This document shows positions 53,001 to 63,972 of a stretch of DNA of 64,000 bases, one piece after another. The stretch comes from Perna viridis. Taxonomy: Eukaryota. Under the pieces are notes generated by a model. The model saw nothing but the letters and a program-made list of their open reading frames with translations. It made no database searches and was not told the DNA's origin. Position numbers and translations under genes: made by a program. The stretch spans positions 38,157,586-38,221,585 of the forward strand of contig CM074518.1 in assembly GCA_037379345.1 (NCBI GenBank), read 5' to 3'. How positions within the stretch are numbered: the stretch's first letter is position 1; each line of letters begins with the position of its first letter.

Positions 53001-55952
53001 AAAAATCTGACTTTCTTAAAAAGTTAAAAGATTGTTACAAATTAAACTGTCTTGCATATATATATATTTTTCTGATACTAGACATATTTTTAGAATAGAT
53101 CATTTTATGATTTCATAAGGATGAATATCTACTAAATGAATGTATTGTGAAGTGTAATATAAAGTCTCAAAAAGTTATTGCAATGGTGGTTTTGTTTTCT
53201 GCTCCAAGACATTTAGTGCAATTGATATTCTTGTATATCCTGTAGTACATTTATATCATGTTTCCTGCTTTCTGTACAACTGGAAATTGTTATGTTCTTC
53301 AATGGAATGGCCGTTTTGTTGTTGGTCATAGATACTTCCTATTCATGTGGTAAATTAAATTCTGGATTTAAATGAAATTAACCAAGGGGACCTACATGTA
53401 TATCACCAAAGTAAGGTGTGGATTGTTTTGATTGATTACGCTTTTTAATTTACCAATTGGTGGCAAAAAAACAAAGGTTTCAAGAAACTTTAATACATCA
53501 TTGATATCTTCTTGGGGATTAAAATGAAACTTAGTATGAAGTATGATTTCGACAAGTACAAAATTCTTCAGTTCCATTGGTAATCCCAGTTAAACAGTGT
53601 ATTTTGATTTCATACTGCACTATGTAAAGAACTTCTCATTTTGGAGTTCTTTGACCATAAAGGTTCTGTATCAGATATAACTGCAGGAAAACATCAAACT
53701 TCAATGTAGTGTCCATAGTTGCCCCTCATGTTTAGATTCTACCTCTAAGGTTGTATCAAGCTGTGCCAGCTGAGCATTTTATTGTTTTCATGTTTATATG
53801 AATACCTTTGTTGGTTTCCAGTTGTTGACTTTAGCAGTTGTAAACATCTGGCGTCAATTTCACAAAAAGTCCTAAGTGTAAAATTGATCGGAAGTAATGA
53901 TGACTAATTTTAGGAAGGATGTATAAGTACCAGGATCTGGTTTCAAAAACAGTTTAAAATCCTTTTTTTCACTCAACTTTTGACCGATCAGATTTTATTT
54001 AATCAAAAATTCGAGGAAATTCTAAATAAATTTAATGTTATAAATAAATGAAACCTAGACCTGATGGTACAGAATTTCCTGAGTAGTGAGATGTAGCATT
54101 ACACAGGATTCCACTGTATAGTGCTAGTCAGTTGTTCTCATCCTGAAATGCAAGATATATCTGCCAGAGGACTGTTAAACAATAATCAATCAATTAATCC
54201 ATTGACATTGCAAGTTATTGAGTAGCAGTGTGGTTATTCCAAGAAATCTTGGACTAAGGCTGGATACTCCTTATATGAATTATGTAATAAATAATAAAAA
54301 TATCTTACTGGTGTTGGCCTATTTTTAATTACATTCAGATGCATTCACACTTGAAGCATGGAAATCAGACACAAAAGACAAACTTAAAACATTGAAATTG
54401 GAATGTAAAGGATTGAAAAGAAAGAGATTGAATACAAGCAATCATTTATTGTATATAGCAATACATCAACACAGAGGAGTTAAGGGAATTGCACATTTAA
54501 GTTGTGACTTGGATCAGGTGCATCCATATGGTACCAACAAGCTGCTTACCAAAAAATGAACTGAAAGAAAGTTTTAAAAAACTGTCAGATAAAGAAATCA
54601 ACCTGGTTGGGAAGTACTAATCTTTTCATGACAAGAAATTAATTTTGAAAAAGGAATGTTATACTGAAGTTAGACTAGTACATGTATTTTTTACTAAACA
54701 CAAATGTCGAAGTAATAAGAATAACAACAACTGTCCTGAAATAGAATTCTTAGTGCTAAATATCCAGAATCCAAAGGTCTGTTCAAGCAGGCTTAGTCAT
54801 TCTGATTGAAATGTACATGTATATAAATGTTTGTAGGTACACGTGACCGAGTGCGGAATCCCAATAAGGTACGTATTTCATTTGACTCACAAAAATTCTT
54901 CTGCCAACAAAAAAAAAGCACCGGCTAACACGCTTGTTTCAAATCTAGGCTTTCTGAAACGTTAAAAATGTGCGATAGTATGCGAGACAATTCAGGCGTT
55001 CAACATGATAAACGTCGTGCACATGTGTCCAATAAACTTAAGCCATCTCTTCAAATAATTCAGTCGACGAATTTTGGGAACAATTGTGTGTATATTTGCA
55101 CAAAAACCCGTCGACTGGATTATTCGGGTTAAAATATTAAATAGAAGAAATGTTCTTCGTACATCTGTAACTTGAAATGACGGGGTTTGAAATTACTTGA
55201 ATGAAGAACGATTTCCGGTTACATTAAGGATTGAGGAACGACATGTTCCGCATGTATGCTTGACTTGAAAATGAAAATCTGTTGTAAAAGTGTTGACATA
55301 ATGGCTATTTACAACTACGAGAAGAATTTACTTAAAAAGACATTAAAACATGCGAAATTGAATCAACCAACTCCAATAACAAAAAAAAGTATCAGTCCTC
55401 GAAAATTAAATGTTTGAAATATACAGTGTATGGATAATAATTTATGATGTAATTTGTGGAGGTTTCGCTTAAGCTTTGATGCGTATTTATAGTTCGATAC
55501 ATTGTGGGATACCAAGGAGGGGGTTGGATAATATTGAATTATTCAGGAGTTGAAATATTGTATCATTTTGATGTTAAGTTTTAAATGGAAAGAACCGGGA
55601 TGGTGGGAAACAGTCGTAAGATAATTCTAACTTGGAATTATACTCATTTTATCAGTTAGATGTTTAATTGGAAGTTTATTGTTGAGAAGTTCATTGTTGA
55701 GATTTTGGTCAATTGCCATTGCGTTTTCGAGGTGTCATTTCGAGTTTTAAGGTCCCCACAAATAGTTCTTTTCTGGAAGCTTTTTTTCTGTATGTTTTCA
55801 TAGTATTTGAAGTATACTACTCTTTTTTTCTTAATGTTGGTTCCTGTTTTTGTAACCTGCGATTAATCTAATGGATACCACTAACCTACTTTGAAGAGCT
55901 GGGCATGGACGATGTTGAAAGTATAGACTTATCTACCCCTATCTGCTTTCAG

Positions 55953-56251
55953 ACTTTCAGAGTTACGTGGAATGGGCCAAACGTACTTCAGCCAAAAAGC
56001 GTCGCCGTACCAGCCGAAAACCAGCACCTACCAAGGATACTGCTGTTTCTTACATTCTTGACAATAAGGACAGCCTAAATCCACAGTGTAGAATATGCAA
56101 TGTTTTTCTGACATCTATTGAGGATTTGAAAGCTCATCAACGGGATCAGCACCAGGAATATACATTTTTCTGCAAGTTATGTGGAAAAGGATTTAAAACT
56201 TGGAATGGGCATGCCGGTCATATGGAAAGACACAAGAGAGGGGAGATGTAA
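55953..56251 (+). CDS. Gene B alternative terminal exon B1: basic NLS-like stretch and two C2H2 zinc fingers
   Basis: Acceptor tctgctttcag|AC, phase 1; CRICNVFLTSIEDLKAHQRDQH and CKLCGKGFKTWNGHAGHMERH, then a stop. Confidence 0.85.
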
Positions 56252-56985
56252 AATCAGAGAAAATCGACAAAGAAATGATTACCATTGATAATGTTGTACA
56301 TAAGAGTCGATATGTAGGTTAAGATCGATGGTATCCATTAGAAACAAGTAATATAAAGTATGGGGAATATTGATTTTTGTGTTGTTACATATTGTAATCA
56401 ATAAGACGACTTGCTGTATTGATTTACTGCTGAGGTGGCGTGAGGCTCCATGTAGGATAATTTGTTATGTTCAATAATCAATTAAAAATTTCTTGTTTGT
56501 GGAAGGAATTTTTTGTTGTGTACAGGGGATTTATAAAGTTGAAATGGCATGACCCCCATGCAGGATAATTGGTTGTGTTCAATAACGAAAGAAAAAAAAA
56601 TGTTTTGTGAAAATTTGTATACAATGGTTGTAGACGTGTTAAAGAATGATCTGACTGCGGTTTTAAGTTCTTTTGAATTGAATTTAAAGATATCATCGCT
56701 TATTTTATTATGTTAAATTGTGTGTAGAAAATGCATAATAATAAACTTGAAATCATTTTCTCTGTATAACTGTTGTATCTTCGTGACAGGAGTAGTTAAC
56801 CTGTAGGATGAACTTTGGAAGAGGTTAAAATAGAACACGTTCATCTAGTCCAAGATATATTTAAGGTGTATATTTTAATAGATATCATTACCCGAAGTGA
56901 TCTTGGACTGTGCAGTTAAAAACAACATGTAGATAATGTGTCAATTAGTTGATTTGAATACATAAATACCAATCATATATGTTGA

Positions 56986-57465
56986 TTGATTGATTGATTG
57001 TTGGGGTTTAACGTCGGAGCAGCAATATTTCAGCTATATTCAGACATGAAATGAATATATGAACATGAAATGGATGATAAAATGAACATGAAATGATGAT
57101 GAAATGAAAAAAGGGATGGGACTGAAGGGTAATAGGGTCGACAAATTTTGATTGCCAGTAGTAGAAAAAGGAAGGGATGGGTAGGGTAGGGCAATTTAGC
57201 CTCCTGTGGACGAGGAACGCGACATCTTTCCCAATACGGTGCACCACTATGGTTTGCGGTGAGGTTTTCCGTATTATAGCCTGACAACCCTAGCATGTAG
57301 CACGCCAGGGGTACCCCATTCCACCACCGGGGCACACATCCCAGTTGCTCTATGGCCAGAGCGCCCAGCCCCCGGCTAGGTTTCTGAGCACTATTTAGTC
57401 GCCTTTTACGACAAGCGTAACGCTGCTGCAGGCCTATTCTTTTGACACCTGGACCTACACGGAGC
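56986..57465 (-). mobile_element. SINE-like retroposon with a (TCAA)n tail
   Basis: 14-bp TSD atcatatatgttga at 56972 and 57466; tail ...gctgaaatattgct...acgttaaaccccaacaatcaatc. Confidence 0.8.
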
Positions 57466-57970
57466 ATCATATATGTTGAAAGTGGAAACGAGTTTTTGTA
57501 GTCTCGAATACTATTATGTTATATAAAAACTATATCAGTAGACACCGACAGTTTCCCGAAGGATCAAGAACAAATTCATTTAATTGATTAGCGCATGACC
57601 GCAAACAAAAACTGTGATCAATTGATAATGGTATCGTTCTGTCTTCGTCGTCATATGTAGAGTTTTGGTGTCCGTGCAGTTGAAATAACTATGGATTCTG
57701 GCTAAATTCATATCTTGTGTCAAATTTGAGATAATCTTAATTTAGAGCAGAATCAAGCTTGAATGGTGTGTCTACTTGCTCCAACAGTTAGGCGCTCGAC
57801 CTTTGCAGTAGCATCAAGTTGCCCTGCGAGGCATTATATTCACATGGAATTGGACATTTGAACAATATCGTCCTTTGGCAAACTTAGCCTGTAATTTTTT
57901 TATTAAGTTTTTATATAACTACCCTCTGTGAAAAAGACATGGTTCATTTTATGAGGGCTTTTCTTTTCAG

Positions 57971-58119
57971 CCAATCTTACTCCATATCAGAGACGCAACT
58001 TGTCGACTGAAATGCTTAATGAACGCAGGAGACGAAAAAGGAGCGAAGTCAACCGGCGGTACTATTTAAAACGAAAGATGATGCGACAGAGAAGAATGTT
58101 GAAGAAAGATAACATCTAG
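57971..58119 (+). CDS. Gene B alternative terminal exon B2, short Arg/Lys-rich basic helix (not in the ORF track)
   Basis: Acceptor ttttcttttcag|CC, phase 1; ANLTPYQRRNLSTEMLNERRRRKRSEVNRRYYLKRKMMRQRRMLKKDNI*; AATAAA at 58189. Confidence 0.65.
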
Positions 58120-58754
58120 AATAGCGTCGGCATCACGAAGACAAAAATACAAACTACATTGAAAGAGTGACAAATCGTTTGAAGAAAGAATAAATCCATC
58201 GTGTCTTTTTTCTTTACATAACCAGATAGTTGCATTGTGAAGATGTAGTATCCTACATATATGTTGACGCACACAAGCTAATGTAGATAAAATAGTACAC
58301 TTTTGACCGTATTCTACTTAATCTTCCAAATATGCATGTAAATCTTTAAATATTTTTAAGACAAGCTTTATATATTTGTTTACTCTGTTACCTTCAACGT
58401 CTACGGTGTAATTAAAGTGGAATGAGACAGTCTGAAGACACCTTTGTTATTTAAGCAGTAGTGATATCTGCATTATATTTGTGATTTCTAGTAACTTAAC
58501 ATGTTTTGTAAGGGGCTCCACAACAAATACTAGTATATCATAGACAGTTTGTTTCTAGTTGTAATTGTAAACATGAAACTAAGTTAACCTGGAGGAAAGG
58601 GGATGCATGGTGGTAAAGTGTGAAATTGAGTTTATGTACAAGCGTACACCATTGCAAAAAAATATTACCTAAACATCGCTTAACAGTAGAATTTTGGAAC
58701 GTATTTTTGATAAAAAATAAAATGCATTTGATCAACTGAAACTTGCGCGGTCTG

Positions 58755-59108
58755 TTAAAGTGTAAGTGTTTGTAAGAATCAGGCAAAATGGAAAAAAAAA
58801 CATTCATGTCAAACCCCCGCCGTTCTAACAATGAAATATCACACAAGGATACTTTCTCTATTTGAAAAGGCCATTATTTGATCTCTGCATCACTGGCTTT
58901 GCTCAGAAATTTTTCGGTAGAATGTTAAAAAAAATGAGGTTTTGTGAGAGATACCTGCCGTTTAAAATGTTCATTTTCAGTGCATTTCAATGAAATTGTA
59001 ACTCAGTGGGCCAGCATGATACGGTGCAAATAGTCAAATTACACTATCAAATTGATGGGTTTTTTTATACCATGTTTCACCTGATTCTTACGGGGGCTGA
59101 TACTTTAA
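58755..59108 (-). mobile_element. Kolobok-like TTAA MITE, copy 3
   Basis: TTAA-AGTGTAAG...gtaagaatcagg / cctgattcttac...gctgatact-TTAA; the interior matches 3240-3608 in reverse. Confidence 0.75.
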
Positions 59109-59400
59109 TGGTCAATTAGTATAATATTGTCATTACTTACTCTGAAGAAGCGTCTCGCGTTACAGGGGCTGATACTTCATTGGTCTGTTAGTATAATATT
59201 GTCATTGCTTACTCCTAAGGAGCGTCTCGCGTTACAGGGGCTGATATTTTATTGGTCTGTTATTATAATATTGTCATTGCTTACTCCCAAGGAGCGTCTC
59301 GCGTTTCTGGGGCTGATACTTCATAGGGCTGTTAGTATAATATTGTTATTGCTTACTCCTAAGGAGCGTCTCGCGGACGACAGTTTTTGTTGGTCTGTAA
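59093..59400. repeat. 72-bp tandem repeat (~4 copies) that includes the MITE terminus
   Basis: gcgtctcgcg at 59150, 59222, 59294 and 59366; the unit includes ggggctgatactt from the MITE end. Confidence 0.85.
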
Positions 59401-59893
59401 AATATTTCGATGTAGTTGCGTTATTGTTTCATAGTTACCTATTATTACTTTTATATAAACGGAAAGTATTTTTGAAAGAGGAATTGGTCGAAGCAGAGCA
59501 TGTTGAACGAATGACTGATAGTTGACTGCTGATACTGTACGTATTGAATATATTTCCTCCCCAGAAGATTGTTTGAGTACTATATGGTTGTAAATTACTG
59601 CTGAGTTGACGTGTAGCATTATATAGCTGACAAAGGTTTGGTACATCGGAAGCCTCCAATCAAGTCTTGTAATACATGATGAGTTTGTTTTCACCACCGC
59701 AGATCGATATACATGTCCACTTTAAGTACCAGTCCACGTAAAATTCAGACACTGCCAATGGCAAAGTGATTCATGATGTGGAAAAACCCACCAAACAAAT
59801 AATGTTTTTTCAGTCAACATATGCTATAATTTCACCTAACGATAAACATTTCTGTAGTTAAGTCTGCACTTTTTAGAGAATCATACATTTTTT

Positions 59894-59924
<31 letters not shown>

Positions 59925-60089
59925 GGTTTGACGTGCATGAAGCACCTTCTGTCTGATTTTTAGGAAGACTGATACTTGATTTGAAGTAAGTGGATTGTTG
60001 TTTGAAGATAATGGTCTTTGGTTTCGTTGTTGTCTGTAATTGACTGCATTGCAAACGATCGGCTATTCAATTATATTTGTCCTTTTCAG

Positions 60090-60394
60090 GGTGGGGTCCC
60101 GTTGCTGTGTGGCATAGTTCTGATGGTGTACATTGGAATAGCAACAGTTCTGGATATCAAGTTCAATATATGTCGAAAGCCCAACCAGGATCGCATAATT
60201 TGATTCCTCTAACCTCATCTAGTAACAAACCGTGTGCTTTGTGTAAAAAGAATAACATTCGAACTGCTACTGGGCTACCAACAAAAACTTATTACAAATG
60301 TGACACGTGCGATGTGTGCCTCTGTAGACCACAAGTTCGTGATTGTTTCGTACAATATCACGACGAAATGTTCAAACACGGCAAAATGATTTGA
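60090..60394 (+). CDS. Gene B alternative terminal exon B3, piggyBac-type CRD
   Basis: Acceptor gtccttttcag|GG, phase 1; HNLIP...CALC...RTATGLPTKTYYKCDTCDVCLC...CFVQYH; AATAAA at 60430. Confidence 0.85.
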
Positions 60395-60649
60395 TATGTT
60401 TCTTGTGCAAGACCTACATCTCCCTTAGTAATAAAGTTAGTTATAAATCTCAACGACTATTTCCTGTAAGTCAAGAGGTCGTTTAATGTGACCCACTTGG
60501 TGTTTCTATGTTACCCTTTCATTAACCGGATAAAAACTTGTAGCTTGTTTCAGTGGTTGTTTCCCTAAATGTGACGTCTTTGTTTTCTTCTGTGATAATA
60601 GCTCATACCATTCTAAATATGGTTAATTTGGTCTTCATTGTCCTTTCAG

Positions 60650-61005
60650 GAATCTTTCCAAGGGAAGAATTAAAAAAGGAAGAACCCAATCATACAGATT
60701 CGTGTACGAGGAATACAGTTCCTCATTCACAAGAGAACAGGCGATTAGAACCTACCCTCGATTTAATACCACTTCATAGACTCGTACACAATCAAGGTGG
60801 TCGGGCTTTGACTTGTCTGTATTGTAAACTTACGGGGTGTAAGACCGACAGGGGCTATTCAGTCCGATCGTATTATCGATGTAGAGCTTGCGATGTTGCG
60901 TTGTGTAGCAGCGGCTCTAGAAATTGTTATCAGTTATTTCATCAATATCTAAAACGGACTCGTAGTCCAAATCTGAAATGGGCCGACTTCCAGAATAACA
61001 CATGA
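60650..61005 (+). CDS. Gene B alternative terminal exon B4, piggyBac-type CRD
   Basis: Acceptor ttgtcctttcag|GA, phase 1; HRLVHN...CLYC...KTDRGYSVRSYYRCRACDVALC...CYQLFH. Confidence 0.85.
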
Positions 61006-61290
61006 TTAAGTTTTCACCATTTGCGAATAGCGGTTTCTCCATGAGTAATTCGGTATATCCTCTGTTTTTGTTTGTTTGAAAGTAGCTCGGGGAGAGTGCG
61101 AGACTAATTACTAGTACCCGGATGTTGTTTCCGAAGTGTAACATTTAACTGCTATATGCGTCTATTACAAGTTTTTTATGATAGTTTCCAGTTCGTTAGT
61201 ACCGATTCATTTTGAAAGCGATAGAATATTGTATGGTTGGTCTAAAAATGTATGAAATTCCGAGTTGATTTCTATCGTTTATCCTTTCAG

Positions 61291-61607
61291 AGGCCTCCGA
61301 CACGAGTCTATGTTTTACAAACCAACACGTGTTTGTCCGTGATGACACTGGTAGCAACAAGGCCTGTCTGATGTGTTCAGTTTTTGGCAACAAAACTAAA
61401 TGTGGAGAAGCTAGGAAGACGTATTATAAATGTACAGCTTGTAACGTTTTCTTGTGTAAAGGTGATTCGAACTGCTTCAGAAATTTCCATCTTCTGATGG
61501 GAGAAACCGCCGTTACGTTGCATGGAAGTCGTAGAGAATTGCGGCAAACATTAGCTTCAAAATATGATGAATGGTGCAGTAAAACTTATAAAAACCCCAC
61601 CGAATGA
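61291..61607 (+). CDS. Gene B alternative terminal exon B5, piggyBac-type CRD
   Basis: Acceptor ttatcctttcag|AG, phase 1; HVFVR...CLMC...KTKCGEARKTYYKCTACNVFLC...CFRNFH; AATAAA at 61742. Confidence 0.83.
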
Positions 61608-62204
61608 CAATATAATATCTTGGATGCCTGTCATTGTATTCTCAATGATCGAGAAAATAGTATTATTGAAGTTGTTACGAATTTCTGATAATATTTTTTC
61701 AATTGACTCTTGTTGAACGCATCTTTAAAAGTATATAGTTGAATAAAACGGAATCTATCAGAATTTTAAATTGTTGTAACTTGAATCGTTTGGAATAATC
61801 CAGTCAGCCCGTTCGAATTTCATCTCAATTATCTTCGCTTCCACTGGTTGACTTCAAATTTATGTGGATTTATATAGATGGAAGTGAATTTGATTGCTGT
61901 TCGATATCAACTACCTGTTTCATGGTACTTTCCTATTTTACTGTATGGAACGAGATATGGGGAGAGGGTATATCTAGCACGACAACGCGTGCAATTTCAT
62001 GTACATGTTTAACTTGCCCCTTTACTGGTTTCGATATATATATGTATGTTACGCTTCTTTCTGCTACGTGTGTATTGTGATGATAGTATTATATCAAAGC
62101 TATTCCTAAAATGTTTGCATTATCTTATATGGATTCAGTGGACCATTTCATTTTATCCAGGAATTATTTGTTTACCGAATTCTGAATTTCATTATTTCTT
62201 TCAG

Positions 62205-62416
62205 TTGACCCAATTCTCAACATTTATATACTCGTTACGTCGCTATACAGATACTGTATGTGCTGCTGTTGGCTTTAAAACCAATGATAGGAGGTCAAAA
62301 AGTATTATTAATGCCAGATGTGAACGTGCATGTACTTCTGTTTTGCACTGTTTCATGAGTTTCTCGGTAGCGAAGCAGTTGCCTTTCGTATCCATTTTGC
62401 TAGTGTAGGGGAATGA
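62205..62416 (+). pseudogene. Decayed CRD terminal exon (pseudo-exon)
   Basis: Acceptor tatttctttcag|TT, phase 1; reads VDPILNIYILVTSLYRYCMCCCWL*...EVKKYY*CQM*TCMYFCFALFHEFLG, i.e. CRD remnants with stops. Confidence 0.55.
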
Positions 62417-62814
62417 ATCACTTAAATTGTACCATAAGTGCTATACTCCCAAAGTAAATTTAGATTGAATTTTTTGGGGGTTTAACTTGAATCAGTTAAG
62501 AATAAGGAGACAAAAAAATACCACTTTGATTCTGGTCAAATGCTTATCCTGTGTCAAATATCTATTAGAGATCTAACTTCAAAGCTGTATTAAGTTAGTA
62601 TAGTGTCCATACTTGCACTAACTGTTCAGCGTTCAACATGTGCGGTCGTATCAAAGTGCGCCCCGCAAAGCATTTAATAGTTTAAGTAGATTTGAGTCTT
62701 TGAAGTTGTTTCGAGTTCGTAGTATCGATTCATTTTGAAAGCGATAGAATATTGTATGGTTTGGGCTTAAAATGTGTGAAATTCCAAGTTTATTTCTATC
62801 GTTTATCCTTTCAG

Positions 62815-63137
62815 AGGTCTCCGACAATAGAGGTAGTCTATTTTTTACAAACCAACACGTGTTTGTCCGTGACGACACTGGTAGCAACAAGGCCTGTCTG
62901 ATGTGTTCAGTTTTTGGCAATAAAACTAAATGTGGAGATGCTAGGAAGACGTATTATAAATGTACAGCTTGTAACGTTTTCTTGTGTAAAGGTGATTCGA
63001 ACTGCTTCAGAAATTTCCATCTTCTGATGGGAGAAACCGCTGTTACGATGCATGGAAGTCGTAGAGAGTTGCGGCAAACATTAGCATCAAAATACAATGA
63101 ATGGTGCAGTAAAACTACTAAAAATCCCACCGAATGA
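62815..63137 (+). CDS. Gene B alternative terminal exon B6, near-identical duplicate of B5
   Basis: Same acceptor ttatcctttcag|AG, phase 1; the peptide differs from B5 at only a few residues; AATAAA at 63276. Confidence 0.83.
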
Positions 63138-63972
63138 CAATATAATATCTTTGATGCCTGTCATTGTATTCTCCGTAATTATAAACATAGTAACAGTATG
63201 ATAGATAAGACCTGTACATTCTGATTTACTTTCTCATTGGACGCGTATTGAACGCATATTTAAAGTATATAGTTGAATAAAATTACTATAACTACTAGCA
63301 CTTTGAACATTTGATGCCTTGGTATAAACACTTAAATTTTGTTGTCGTTGGAATCTTCGTGTGATCAGATCTTCTCCAGTACACTTAGTCCAAAATTTAA
63401 TGAGAACATTGTCAGTGTAGATCTAAATGATACTCCTGCATTCGAAATTTAGGATAAATCGCTCTCTGGACTCGATGCATAGAGTTTGATGTTTTAAAAC
63501 AAATATTGTCGCTGTGTTACTTCGTCAATCTGATTTATATATTCCCACTCGACTATCAGATAGTAGATTGGAATCACCCCGTCAACCTGTTCGAATTCCA
63601 TCTTCATTATCATTGCTTGAGTTTCATCTCAATTATCTTTGCTTCCACTGATTGATCCACTTCAAATTTGTTTTGTGGCTTTATTTAGGTGGAACTGAGT
63701 TTGCTTGTTGTTCGATATCGACAGCCTGTTTTGTGGTACTTTCCTATTTTACTGTATGGAACGAGATTGGGGTATATATTAGAAACATCATGGTCATGTT
63801 GAATTTGCCCCTTTAGATACGTATGTTTGTTGTGCTTCTTTCTGGTATCGGTATATCATGGTGCTAGCATTGTATCAACTAAATACTTGCATTATTTTTT
63901 TTTCTGGAATCGATGGAGTATTTCGTTGTTATTCAGGAATAATTTGTTTACCGAATTCGTTTTTACTTTCAG

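Noticed and set aside
54837-54930. Acceptor ttgtag|GT with a short phase-1 frame (GTRDRVRNPNK...)
   Set aside because: Weak pyrimidine tract, early stop and no recognisable domain.
59127-59525. 132-aa hydrophobic repetitive ORF
   Set aside because: It is a translation of the 72-bp tandem repeat.
59888-59926. Poly-T/poly-G tract (G-quadruplex potential)
   Set aside because: A simple homopolymer, error-prone in assemblies, with no supporting context.
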